From Candidatus Moranbacteria bacterium GW2011_GWE2_35_2- (GTDB taxonomy: Bacteria > Patescibacteriota > Minisyncoccia > Moranbacterales > UBA9337): a stretch of DNA of 64,000 nt. Where the stretch lies: the NCBI GenBank assembly GCA_000990585.1, contig LBQD01000003.1:79504-143503 (forward strand), written 5' to 3'. A program made the translations under genes and the position numbers. Under the pieces are notes generated by a model. That model worked only from the letters and a program-made list of their open reading frames with translations, did no database searches and was not told the origin of the DNA. Position 1 is the stretch's first letter, and each line of letters starts with the position of its first letter. Positions 47,555-57,287 of the stretch are shown here, piece after piece.

Positions 47555-47563
47555 TGTGGATAA
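47555..47563 (-). promoter_or_regulatory. Consensus DnaA box downstream of murF
   Basis: TGTGGATAA, 16 bp before a TTGACA. Confidence 0.5.
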
Positions 47564-47794
47564 CTTTTTAATAATGTTGTTGACAGAAAGTCAATTTGGG
47601 TGTGAAATATAAGTGTAAGAAGAAAAAGAGAGCAGTCGGCAGAGAAAACAAAAAATAAATTTAAATAGTCCAATAAGCAAAGACGATGTACTTTGTAAAC
47701 AAAAGACAGTTCCTGAGGGGGTTGTCTTTTGTTCGTTTCCAACTAGTTTTTTTTTGAGGAGGTCGCTTTCAATGAAAGTGATCAAACGAGAAAA

Positions 47795-47998
47795 ATGAAA
47801 AAGAGGAGGAAAATAGTGGGAAATGAAAATTTACTGTTCTCATACGAGCATATTGAAAAAATGAGGATGAGGATGGGACTTTCTCTTGACGGAACTATTC
47901 GGGAGTATGGAGAAAAGTTCCAGAAACCGATAATGGAGGAGGCTTACCAGAGACTTCAGAAAACCCGCGAAAGATTAAATTTGAGAGGTGCGCAATGA
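47795..47998 (+). CDS. Small hypothetical protein
   Basis: 67-aa ORF; no motif recognised. Confidence 0.35.
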   Translation: MKKRRKIVGNENLLFSYEHIEKMRMRMGLSLDGTIREYGEKFQKPIMEEAYQRLQKTRERLNLRGAQ

Positions 47999-48254
47999 AT
48001 ATCGACGCAACTCCCACACCCCCGGAAATTTCTTTTTGTAAGTTTGAATTCAAACTTACTTGTATAACAATACAACAAAAAAAGAAATTTCTCCGGGGCT
48101 TTTTATTTTTTTGCAATCCGACATAATTCCACGGTCGTGGAATTATGTTAATTTTTTTTAATACAGATGTTGGCATTGATTCAAATTTTTCGGTAAATTA
48201 TCAGCTTGATTTATTTTATTTTTGTTGCTAATATAGCTTTTAGTGAAATATTTT

Positions 48255-48327
48255 GGCGCTATCGTCTAGTGGCTAGGACGCCAGGTTCTTCGCCCTAGCG
48301 GGCGACCACCCGTTAGGGTGGCATCCT
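48255..48327 (+). pseudogene. tRNA-Glu 5' fragment with a 32-bp insert in the anticodon loop
   Basis: Identical to the 5' 41 nt of the intact tRNA once 48290-48321 is removed. Confidence 0.92.
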
Positions 48328-48338
48328 TTTGAATTTTT

Positions 48339-48593
48339 ATGTATTATACATATGTTTTAAAAAGTGAAGCGGACAATAATTTGTATATTGGGTATACTGG
48401 CGATTTGAGGCAACGAATAAAAGATCATAATCAAGGAAAAACCAAATCTATAAAACATAGAATTCCATTTAAATTGATTTATTATGAGGCATATAAAAAT
48501 AAGACGGATGCCAGAAAAAGAGAAATAGAATTAAAGAAGAATAATTATCAAAAAGAGCAATTAATAAAAAGAATAGAAAATTCATTGAGATAA
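48339..48593 (+). CDS. Standalone GIY-YIG nuclease
   Basis: YTYVL...LYIGYT.DL..R...HN.G...A..RE..LK. Confidence 0.93.
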   Translation: MYYTYVLKSEADNNLYIGYTGDLRQRIKDHNQGKTKSIKHRIPFKLIYYEAYKNKTDARKREIELKKNNYQKEQLIKRIENSLR

Positions 48594-48598
48594 TGTTC

Positions 48599-48670
48599 GG
48601 CGCTATCGTCTAGTGGCTAGGACGCCAGGTTCTCATCCTGGTAACCGGGGTTCGATTCCCCGTAGCGCTA
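48599..48670 (+). tRNA. tRNA-Glu(CTC)
   Basis: Cloverleaf with CCAGG-TTCTCAT-CCTGG and GGTTCGATTCC; followed by CAA rather than CCA. Confidence 0.95.
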
Positions 48671-48685
48671 CAAAAATATGTATTA

Positions 48686-48748
48686 GGGGGGGTTCTCGCC
48701 CTAGCGGGCGACCACCCGTTAGGGTGGGATTCCCCGTAGTCGCTGCCA
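48686..48748 (+). pseudogene. tRNA-Glu 3' fragment ending in CCA with the same 32-bp insert in the T-loop
   Basis: GGGGTTC[48696-48727]GATTCCCCGTAGTCGCTGCCA. Confidence 0.88.
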
Positions 48749-48752
48749 TCAC

Positions 48753-48785
48753 AAAAAAACCAACCTTTTCGAGGTTGGTTTTTTT
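48753..48785 (+). terminator. Intrinsic terminator
   Basis: AACCAACCT-TTTCG-AGGTTGGTT followed by Ts. Confidence 0.8.
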
Positions 48786-48909
48786 GTTGGGAATTTTTCT
48801 TGACAAATAACATTTTTTTTGCTAGTCTGTCAAATCAATTTATAATAGATTAATTTCTTATTTTTCGGGTTTTGGATGAATAAAAAATGTCGAAAAATAA
48901 GGTAAAAAA

Positions 48910-49848
48910 ATGAATATTGTATCAATCAAGAAAAAAGAAATCGCAGTGAGTATTTTATTGTTGGCAATTTTGATTTTGCCTGTTTTTTCTTTTGCCGGAA
49001 CAAGCAAGATCTATGTTAATGATAATGCTAGCGGTAAACAGGATGGAAGCTTGAAGCATCCGTATAAAACAATTACTCAAGCACTTAAAAAAGCTGATAA
49101 AGATGACGAAGTTCATATCGCCAGTGGAACATATAAAGAAAACATTGAGATTCCTAGTCGAGTAAAAGTTTTTGGGAGCGGAATGGATGATGTTGTAATC
49201 GAGGCTAAGGATGGTTCACAAGAAGTGGTTGATATGCATAATAAAAGTGAAATAAACAAAGTAACCGTTCGCGGAGGGGAATACGGTATTGAAGTTGACG
49301 AAAATAGTAAAGCTTCTATTATAAAATGCCGCGTTGTTGATAATGATAAGGATGGAATTTTTATCGAAGGAGGAGATGCTGATGATAAACGCAAAATTTC
49401 TATTGTAGAAAGTAAAATTGAGAAAAACGGTCGCGCAGGGATTTATTCTAAAAAAAGTCGTTTAGTTATTATTGAAAATGAAATAATAGATAATGATAGT
49501 GACGGAATTGATATCGCGAAAGGATCAAGCGCTTGGATTGCGGACAATAGAATTAAAGATAATGGTGGTAGCGGAATGAAAGTTGTCTTGGATGGAAGTG
49601 AAATTTGGACCAAAAACAATACTTTTTATGATAATGATCGCGAAGGAATCGAGATTAACGCATATGGTCAAAATGGAAGAATTGATATTAATAAATCAAA
49701 ATTTTACAAAAATGATCGTTGGGGAATTGCCAAGGTTCAAAAAGGAGAATTTCCGGTTTCTGTTTGGAATGGAGCAGTAGTTCAAGGAGATAATATTTTC
49801 TGGGAGAATAAAACTGGCGATGTTTCCGATGCTATTTCGGTAAAATAA
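48910..49848 (+). CDS. Secreted right-handed beta-helix protein (DUF1565-like)
   Basis: DGSLKHPYKTITQAL...GTYKE and N..GI repeats. Confidence 0.88.
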   Translation: MNIVSIKKKEIAVSILLLAILILPVFSFAGTSKIYVNDNASGKQDGSLKHPYKTITQALKKADKDDEVHIASGTYKENIEIPSRVKVFGSGMDDVVIEAKDGSQEVVDMHNKSEINKVTVRGGEYGIEVDENSKASIIKCRVVDNDKDGIFIEGGDADDKRKISIVESKIEKNGRAGIYSKKSRLVIIENEIIDNDSDGIDIAKGSSAWIADNRIKDNGGSGMKVVLDGSEIWTKNNTFYDNDREGIEINAYGQNGRIDINKSKFYKNDRWGIAKVQKGEFPVSVWNGAVVQGDNIFWENKTGDVSDAISVK

Positions 49849-49864
49849 TATTTTTTTTGAGAAT

Positions 49865-51001
49865 ATGAAAATAGCATTTATTGGACAAAAAGGAATTCCT
49901 GCCAAGTTTGGAGGAGTTGAAACGCATGCGCAAGAACTGGCTGTTCGATTGGCTGGTTTTGGCAATGAAGTCGTTGTTTATGTACGAAATAATTATACCG
50001 ATAAAAATATACAAAAGTACAAAGGCGTTAAATTAGTTCATTTGCCAAGTATTGCAACGAAAAATTTGGACGCTATAACACACACATTCTTGGCAATCGT
50101 TCACGCGCTTTTTTGTCGCTATGATGTTGTTCATTTTCATGCAATCGGACCCAGTTCACTTGCTTGGATTGTAAAAATTTTTAGTCCGAAGACGATTTTG
50201 GTCGCAACATTTCATTGCCAGGATTATTTGCATCAAAAATGGAGTTTTTTTGCGCGCTCATATTTGCGTTTTGGAGAAAAAATGGCAAATATTATTCCGG
50301 ACAGAACAATAGTTGTTAGTAAATTATTAGGCGAATACGCCGAAAAAAAATATCATAATAATCCAATGTTTATTCCCAATGGAGCTACTATTGGAAATAA
50401 TAAAGAATCTTTAAAATTGTCCGCGTGGAATATTAGGAAAAAAAAATATATTCTTTCAATGGGAAGATTGGTCAAGCATAAAGGCGTGCATTATTTGATT
50501 GAGGCTTTCAAACAATTGGAAGACACAAATCGATTGCCAAATAATTTTAAGTTGGTAATTGTCGGCGCCGGATCATTTACGGACGATTATGTGAAATATC
50601 TCAAGACAATCAGTCAGGAAAGAGATAGTATAATATTTACCGGAAATCAAACAGGCGGAGCGCTTTCTCAATTGCTTTCCAATGCTTATCTCTTTGTGCA
50701 ACCATCGGAATCGGAAGGGCTTTCCATTGCTCTTTTGGAGGCGATGGGTCATAGTGTTGCTCCTTTGGTAAGTGACATTCCTGAAAATATAGAGGCGATT
50801 GGCGAAGATGGATTTTCTTTTTCCAATAAAAATGTTGATAGTTTACGGGATAAATTGGCATATCTTTTGAATAAGCCGGATGAAGTGGAGAATATGGGAA
50901 AAAAATCACAACAAAGAATCGCCAAGGAATTCAGTTGGCAATCAATTGCCCAAAAAACCGATAGATTATATCGGGATATTGCAATGAAAAAGGAAAAATA
51001 A
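49865..51001 (+). CDS. Glycosyltransferase family 4
   Basis: GGVET and EGLSIALLEAM. Confidence 0.93.
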   Translation: MKIAFIGQKGIPAKFGGVETHAQELAVRLAGFGNEVVVYVRNNYTDKNIQKYKGVKLVHLPSIATKNLDAITHTFLAIVHALFCRYDVVHFHAIGPSSLAWIVKIFSPKTILVATFHCQDYLHQKWSFFARSYLRFGEKMANIIPDRTIVVSKLLGEYAEKKYHNNPMFIPNGATIGNNKESLKLSAWNIRKKKYILSMGRLVKHKGVHYLIEAFKQLEDTNRLPNNFKLVIVGAGSFTDDYVKYLKTISQERDSIIFTGNQTGGALSQLLSNAYLFVQPSESEGLSIALLEAMGHSVAPLVSDIPENIEAIGEDGFSFSNKNVDSLRDKLAYLLNKPDEVENMGKKSQQRIAKEFSWQSIAQKTDRLYRDIAMKKEK

Positions 51002-51016
51002 TTTTGGTGCACAGGC

Positions 51017-52027
51017 TTGAAGCTTATTATGAATATGCAAAAAACACTTTTTGAAAAATTGAAAACTCAGGTAAAAATCGATGGATATTTTATTTTTTTG
51101 TGGATTGTTTTTTCCTGTACTTTTATTTTTATTTTATTGTCTCAATCGATTACTTACCGTAGCGAGATGATTCTCTTGGTTATTCCAAAGAATGAAAGAA
51201 TAGCCGTTGTTTCCGAAGATATTGCTGGAAATTTGAATGAGATGGTGGGAACGTTGTTTTTCTATGAAAAATTATTGAAAGATAATCCGGGCATAGAAGA
51301 TGAATGGGCGGATTTTTCCAAAGACAAAAAAAAGAAATTATGGAATGAAAAAGCCAAAGCGTTTCATCGAGCGGGAAGCACGGTTTTCGTTGTTGAAATC
51401 ATGGATAAAAAACAGGCACAGTCGAATTTTTTGGCAAAGCAGTTGGTCGGCAGTTTGTTTAATTTGGCGGGAAAGTATTATAATATAAAAACCGATATTG
51501 ATTTGCGGATTTTAGAGGGACCGATAACGAAAATGATCTTGCGCGGATGGTATTGGATTGTTTTAGCGGGTATTTTGATTGGAGCTTTCTTCTCTTGGTT
51601 GGTTCAATTGTTTTTTATTTTTATTGAAAAATTATTTTCTACCAAATCCAAATTGAAATTTTCTTCCATAAAATTTCCAAAAATCAAAAATACAAGCGGA
51701 AGGAAAAAAGAAGACTTGGAAAAATTGATAGAGAATTATGCGGAGAAAGATAATGTTTTTTTTGCGCCGAAAATAAAAAAAGAATTTCGAAAAAGCAATC
51801 CGCCGATAAATTTGCCGATTGCTTCCGTTATTGAAGAAAAAGATGTTCAAGAGAAAGAAGATGACATTCACACAGTGCAACAAAAAAATGAAATTCCCGC
51901 CTTTAAGGAAGATCAAATTGGATTGGAGCAAATTATTGAAGAAGAAAATACTAACAAGATTATTCCAGAACCTACCGAAGATGAATTTAAAAAAAGGCTC
52001 AATCAGCTTTTGAAAGGTGATTTATAA
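51017..52027 (+). CDS. Wzz/CpsC-like membrane protein
   Basis: Two TM segments flanking an extracellular domain; similar layout to 60565..61221. Confidence 0.55.
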   Translation: MKLIMNMQKTLFEKLKTQVKIDGYFIFLWIVFSCTFIFILLSQSITYRSEMILLVIPKNERIAVVSEDIAGNLNEMVGTLFFYEKLLKDNPGIEDEWADFSKDKKKKLWNEKAKAFHRAGSTVFVVEIMDKKQAQSNFLAKQLVGSLFNLAGKYYNIKTDIDLRILEGPITKMILRGWYWIVLAGILIGAFFSWLVQLFFIFIEKLFSTKSKLKFSSIKFPKIKNTSGRKKEDLEKLIENYAEKDNVFFAPKIKKEFRKSNPPINLPIASVIEEKDVQEKEDDIHTVQQKNEIPAFKEDQIGLEQIIEEENTNKIIPEPTEDEFKKRLNQLLKGDL

Positions 52028-52075
52028 AAATCTTCACTCTAATTCTCTCTTGGAAGGAGAGAAGGAAATAACTTT

Positions 52076-53419
52076 ATGAAAAAATATTCGCGAAAATTCT
52101 GGATAATTTTCTGGCTGTCGTCCGTTGTTTTTTTGGCAACGTGGTATGTTTTTTGGCAAACGCGTTTCGGCGGAGATATTAAACAGGATTCTTTCTCTGG
52201 AAAGAGTTCCGGTGAACTTGGTGCTTTATATGAAGTGGCGAATTATTTTTTGAAAAATGACAATCAGGAAAAAACTTTTTTGATTTTGTTTCAAAATAAC
52301 TTAGAGCTCCGTCCCGGCGGAGGATTTATTGGTTCGTTTGGAATATTCAAAATTAAAAATGGAAAGTTGACGCTTTCGCAGATTCACGATACTGGAAATT
52401 TCGATGGGAGAATTCCGGACACTGTTGAGCCTCCATATCCAATGAAGCAAACATTACGCATCAATTCATGGAAATTGCGTGATTCAAATTTTTCTCCGGA
52501 TTTTCAAGTCAATGCCAAAAAAGCGGAAGAATTTTATTATATGGGAAGCGGCGGAGAAAAGTTTGACGGCGTGATCGGAATTACCACGAATGTTCTTTCT
52601 TCTTTCCTCAAGGCGACCGGTCCGATTCAAATTGAAGGTTATCCGGGAACATATGACAGTGAAAATGCAGTAATTACTTTGGAACGGCAAGTAGAAAAAG
52701 ATTATGTTGAGCAGGGAATCGAGGCAGGAGAGAGAAAGGCGGTAATGAGCGAGTTGGGTAAGGAAGTTCTCAAAAGAGTTTTTGACTCGAGCGGTTCTCA
52801 AAAGTTGGAATTGTTTGGTATTATTGCGGATGATTTGGAAAACAAGGATATCCAAATGTATTTTCACGATAAAAAATTGCAACAATTGGTATGGGAAAAT
52901 GGCTGGGCGGGAGATGTTGATCAAGATTGGAATAAGGATTATTTGATGATGGTGGATGCTAATCTCGGAGCATATAAAAGTGATTATTATATTAAACGCT
53001 CAATGGACTATTTTGTTGATTTTTCCAAGCAAAGACCGGAGGCGACTTTGAAAATAACCTACAAACACACAGCATTACAAAAAGATTGGATGACGAAGGA
53101 TTATCTGAGTTATTTGCGCATTTATGTTCCCGGAGGATCTGAGTTTATTTCGACGGAAAATACGGACAAAAATATTCAAAAGGGAGAAGAGTTTGGGAAA
53201 CAATATTTTGGAGCGATAGTTAATGTTCCGCTTGATTCGGAAAAAACCGCAGTATGGAAATATTATTTGCCGGAAAATATTACCGCCGAAGATTATGCCC
53301 TGGAAATTCAAAAGCAATCAGGAATAGGTAATATGTCGGTAAAAGTAGAAATTATTCAAAAAGATGGAATAAAGAAAAATTTCGATACAATTATAGATAA
53401 AGATACAATTCTTCAATAA
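52076..53419 (+). CDS. DUF4012-like protein
   Basis: LILFQNNLELRPGGGFIG and RDSNFSPDF. Confidence 0.85.
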   Translation: MKKYSRKFWIIFWLSSVVFLATWYVFWQTRFGGDIKQDSFSGKSSGELGALYEVANYFLKNDNQEKTFLILFQNNLELRPGGGFIGSFGIFKIKNGKLTLSQIHDTGNFDGRIPDTVEPPYPMKQTLRINSWKLRDSNFSPDFQVNAKKAEEFYYMGSGGEKFDGVIGITTNVLSSFLKATGPIQIEGYPGTYDSENAVITLERQVEKDYVEQGIEAGERKAVMSELGKEVLKRVFDSSGSQKLELFGIIADDLENKDIQMYFHDKKLQQLVWENGWAGDVDQDWNKDYLMMVDANLGAYKSDYYIKRSMDYFVDFSKQRPEATLKITYKHTALQKDWMTKDYLSYLRIYVPGGSEFISTENTDKNIQKGEEFGKQYFGAIVNVPLDSEKTAVWKYYLPENITAEDYALEIQKQSGIGNMSVKVEIIQKDGIKKNFDTIIDKDTILQ

Positions 53420-53500
53420 TGAAGAATTGTTTTTTTAATTTAATGGTATTTTTTATTTTTTCAAATTTGATGATATACTGGCGGTAAAGGAAAAAATATT

Positions 53501-54079
53501 ATGAATATTATTAAAACCAAAATCGAAGGATTGTTGATTATTGAGCCGCAAGTTTTCGGAGATGAGCGCGGTTTTTTTGTTGAAACTTATCATAAAAAAA
53601 GATATGCCGAGGCGGGAATCCCTTCATTTAGTGAAGAATTTGTGCAGGATAATTTGTCTATGTCTTCAAAGGGAGTTTTACGCGGACTTCATTGGCAGAT
53701 GCCGCCTTTTGCGCAAGGAAAATTGGTACAGGTTATTCAGGGAAAAATTTTGGATGTGGCGGTGGATATCCGATTCGGTTCGCTCACTTTTGGACAATAT
53801 GTTGTAGTGGAGCTTTCCGGAGAAAATAAAAAGCAATTCTGGATTCCTCCGGGATTTGCGCACGGCTTTGTTTCTCTCGAAGATAACACAATTTTTTCCT
53901 ACAAATGCACGAATTTGTATAACAAAGATTCTGAAAGAGGAATAATGTGGAATGACCCGGATATTAATGTCGATTGGCAATTGAAAAAATACGGAATTTC
54001 CAACCCGATTATTTCCGAAAAAGACCAAAAAAACAAATTTTTCAAAGATATCGAAAAAGATTTCATTTGTAAGTTGTAA
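53501..54079 (+). CDS. rfbC: dTDP-4-dehydrorhamnose 3,5-epimerase
   Basis: DERGFF, GVLRGLH, GFAHGF. Confidence 0.97.
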   Translation: MNIIKTKIEGLLIIEPQVFGDERGFFVETYHKKRYAEAGIPSFSEEFVQDNLSMSSKGVLRGLHWQMPPFAQGKLVQVIQGKILDVAVDIRFGSLTFGQYVVVELSGENKKQFWIPPGFAHGFVSLEDNTIFSYKCTNLYNKDSERGIMWNDPDINVDWQLKKYGISNPIISEKDQKNKFFKDIEKDFICKL

Positions 54080-54090
54080 ATGTAAAATTT

Positions 54091-55095
54091 ATGAAATTAT
54101 TGATTACTGGCGGGGCGGGGTTTATTGGGGCGAATTTTATTCATTATTGGATGCAAAATTATCCAAACGACGAAATTGTCAATTTGGATGCTTTGACGTA
54201 TGCCGGGAATTTGGAAAATCTGAAAGATTTGGAAAATAATCCCAATTACAAATTTGTAAAAGGAAATATATGCGATGAAAAATTAGTAGATGAATTAGTA
54301 AAAGATGTGGATGCTATTGTTCATTTTGCTGCTGAATCGCATGTGGACCGTTCGATTTCCGACAGTGGAGATTTTATCCGGACTAATATTTCCGGAACGC
54401 ATACGCTTTTGGAAGCGGCGCGCAAAAATGGAAACAAAAGATTCCATCATATTTCCACGGATGAAGTTTTCGGTTCGCTCGAGGAAAACGATCCTGCTTT
54501 TAACGAAGACACGTCATATGATCCCAGAAGTCCGTACAGCGCGTCAAAGGCATCATCCGACCATTTGGTGCGGGCGTATTTCCATACATATGGATTGCCG
54601 ATCACGATTTCTAACTGTTCAAATAACTACGGTCCGTACCAGTTTCCAGAAAAACTAATTCCGCTTTTTGCGACAAATTTGATTGAAGGCAAAAAAATTC
54701 CTGTTTATGGAAAGGGTGATAATATTAGGGATTGGATTCATGTCGATGATCACAATCGTGGAGTGGATATGATTTTGAAAAAGGGAAAAATCGGAGAAAC
54801 TTATTGTTTGGGCGGAAATAGCGAGAAAACTAATTTGGAAATTACGCATAAAATTTTGGAGCTGACAGGTAAGGGCGAGGAAATGATTGAATATGTGGCA
54901 GATAGAAAAGGGCATGACAAGAGATATGCAATTGATTTTTCCAAGGCAAAAAAAGAACTCGGATGGGAGCCGCAGATTTCTTTTGAGGATGGATTGAAAA
55001 AAACAATTGCTTGGTATGAAGATAGTCAGGATTGGTGGAAGAAAATTAAGAACGGAGAATATAAAGAATATTATGAAAAGCAATATAAGAGTTAG
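54091..55095 (+). CDS. rfbB: dTDP-glucose 4,6-dehydratase
   Basis: TGGAGFIG, AESHVDRS, YSASK. Confidence 0.98.
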   Translation: MKLLITGGAGFIGANFIHYWMQNYPNDEIVNLDALTYAGNLENLKDLENNPNYKFVKGNICDEKLVDELVKDVDAIVHFAAESHVDRSISDSGDFIRTNISGTHTLLEAARKNGNKRFHHISTDEVFGSLEENDPAFNEDTSYDPRSPYSASKASSDHLVRAYFHTYGLPITISNCSNNYGPYQFPEKLIPLFATNLIEGKKIPVYGKGDNIRDWIHVDDHNRGVDMILKKGKIGETYCLGGNSEKTNLEITHKILELTGKGEEMIEYVADRKGHDKRYAIDFSKAKKELGWEPQISFEDGLKKTIAWYEDSQDWWKKIKNGEYKEYYEKQYKS

Positions 55096-55196
55096 AAATT
55101 AGGAATTAAAAATTAAAATGTTAATTTAATTAGCGTTGTTTACAAAAATTGTTAAAATATAACCAAACAATTAAGAATTAGAAGTTGAATAAAATT

Positions 55197-56144
55197 ATGA
55201 AGAAGATTTTAATAATCGGTTCCAAAGGGATGTTGGGTCAAGAATTGGTTAATGTTTTTGGCAATGATGAAGATTGCAAAGTTGTGGCTTGGGATAGGGA
55301 AGATATTGATATAGCGGACAGTGCGCAGATTAGGGTGAAAGTAGGAGAAATAAAACCTGATGTGATTATCAATGCGGCGGCGTACAACGCGGTGGATAAA
55401 TGTGAAGAAGATAAAAAGGAGTATGAAATTGCAGAAATAATCAATGGAAAATCGCCGGGATATTTGGCGGAAATATCCAAAGAAATCGGAGCGGTTTTTG
55501 TACATTATTCAACTGATTATGTTTTTGGAAAAGAAATGCCTCCGATTCCAGAGCCGGCAGGTTGTACGGGAAGTTGTGCGTCCTGTGGATTGCATAATGA
55601 TTATATTCCGGAAATCGGATTTGATGAGCAAGCAAAGCCGGCGCCCGTGAGTAAATATGGAGAAACCAAGTTGATGGGGGAAAAATCGGTGCAAGAAAAA
55701 GGAGAAAAATATTATATTATCCGCACTTCAAAAATTTTCGGCAAACCTGGAGTGACAGAAGGCGCAAAAAAAAGTTTTTTTGATGTGATGCTTGCGGTCG
55801 GTAAAAAGGCGGAAGCGGGAGGTGGCGAAGTGAAGGCAGTGGATGAGGAAACGAGTTGTTTTACCTATGCCCCGGACTTGGCTCGTAAAACCAGGGAAAT
55901 TATTGAAGCAAAAAAAGAATTTGGGATTTATCACGTGGTTAATTCTGATCCGTGTACTTGGTATGAGGCGGTTTTGGAATTGTATGGTCAAGCGGGAATT
56001 AAAGCAAAAGTTGTTCCTGTTTCCGGTGATGAATTTCCCCGTCCGGCAATGCGTCCATTTTTTTCCGTGTTGCTTAATACAAAATTAAATTCATTGAGAA
56101 ATTGGAAAAACGCGTTAGAAGAATATTTGAATAATAAAAAATAA
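55197..56144 (+). CDS. rfbD: dTDP-4-dehydrorhamnose reductase with a Cys-rich insertion
   Basis: GSKGMLG, NAAAY, STDYVF, YGETK. Confidence 0.9.
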   Translation: MKKILIIGSKGMLGQELVNVFGNDEDCKVVAWDREDIDIADSAQIRVKVGEIKPDVIINAAAYNAVDKCEEDKKEYEIAEIINGKSPGYLAEISKEIGAVFVHYSTDYVFGKEMPPIPEPAGCTGSCASCGLHNDYIPEIGFDEQAKPAPVSKYGETKLMGEKSVQEKGEKYYIIRTSKIFGKPGVTEGAKKSFFDVMLAVGKKAEAGGGEVKAVDEETSCFTYAPDLARKTREIIEAKKEFGIYHVVNSDPCTWYEAVLELYGQAGIKAKVVPVSGDEFPRPAMRPFFSVLLNTKLNSLRNWKNALEEYLNNKK

Positions 56145-56150
56145 TAAAAT

Positions 56151-57287
56151 ATGAAAATTGCGATTCAGGCGGCGGATTTGGATAACAAGCGGATAGACGG
56201 AACCAGGGTTTATCTTTTGAATTTGCTAAAATATTTCGGAAAAATTTCTCCCGAGGATGAATTTTTAATTTATCATCGAAAAGAATTTAATCCAGAATTG
56301 ACTCCGAAAAATTTTTCCAATTATAAGATAAAAAGAATAACTTCTCCTTGTTTTTGGACGCAAACAAGGTTCGCAGCTGAGGTTTGGAAGGATAATCCGG
56401 ATGTTTTATGGATGCCGATGCATAATATTCCCTTAATACGAAAAAGAAAATTGAAAACAGTGGCGACCATTCATGATTTGGCGTTCAAGATTTTTCCGGA
56501 AAGTTTTCCGACAAAAGATTTACGACAAATCAATTTCTTGACAGATATAGCGATTAGAAATGCGGATAAGATGATTGCTATATCGCATTCGACAAAAAAT
56601 GATATTTTGAAATTTTATTCGCAAATTGACAAGCGCAAGATTAAAGTAATTCATCACGGTTTCGATATGGAATTATTTCAAAAAGAAATTCCGGAAAGCA
56701 AATCAGCAGAGGTTTTTTCAAAATTCAAAATTCAAAATTCAAAATTTATTTTGTATGTTGGCGCCGTTCAGCCGCGAAAAAATTTGGAAACTTTAATTTG
56801 GGCGTTTGAGAAATATAGAAATGAGCAACGAAAAAAAATAAACAATGGACAGCAGGTGAAATTGGTATTTGCTGGAAGTAGGGCGTGGATGTGGGAGCGA
56901 GTAATTGAAAGAGTGGAGAATAGTCCGTTTCGGGATGACATCATTTTGACTGGCAGAGTGGATTTTTTAACTTTGGCGACGCTTTATCGCAACGCCGGTT
57001 TATTTGTTTTTCCTTCTTTATATGAAGGGTTCGGAATTCCGGTTTTGGAGGCGATGGCATCGAAAGTTCCGGTAATTTGTGCCGACAATTCCAGTTTGAG
57101 AGAAGCAGGAGGCGAGGCGGCTGAATATTTCCATTCTTTTGATCCAAGTGAATTAGCGGAAAAAATAGAAAAGATTTTTAGTGATGATGAAATGAGAAAG
57201 TCTATGATTGAAAAAGGAATAAAACAGGCGGAAAATTTTTCATGGGAAAGATGTGCGCGGGAGACTTTGGAATGGTTGAAGTGCTAA
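56151..57287 (+). CDS. Glycosyltransferase family 4
   Basis: PRKN and FPSLYEGFGIPVLEAM. Confidence 0.93.
   Translation: MKIAIQAADLDNKRIDGTRVYLLNLLKYFGKISPEDEFLIYHRKEFNPELTPKNFSNYKIKRITSPCFWTQTRFAAEVWKDNPDVLWMPMHNIPLIRKRKLKTVATIHDLAFKIFPESFPTKDLRQINFLTDIAIRNADKMIAISHSTKNDILKFYSQIDKRKIKVIHHGFDMELFQKEIPESKSAEVFSKFKIQNSKFILYVGAVQPRKNLETLIWAFEKYRNEQRKKINNGQQVKLVFAGSRAWMWERVIERVENSPFRDDIILTGRVDFLTLATLYRNAGLFVFPSLYEGFGIPVLEAMASKVPVICADNSSLREAGGEAAEYFHSFDPSELAEKIEKIFSDDEMRKSMIEKGIKQAENFSWERCARETLEWLKC

Noticed and set aside
42285-47563. Replication origin
   Set aside because: The DnaA boxes are isolated rather than clustered, and dnaA/dnaN are not in the window.
47600-47740. T-box or riboswitch after murF
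   Set aside because: One hairpin is present, but there is no T-box consensus or aptamer motif.
48290-48727. Group I intron or CRISPR at the tRNA-Glu locus
   Set aside because: No group I core is recognisable, there are only two repeats, and an intact tRNA lies between them.
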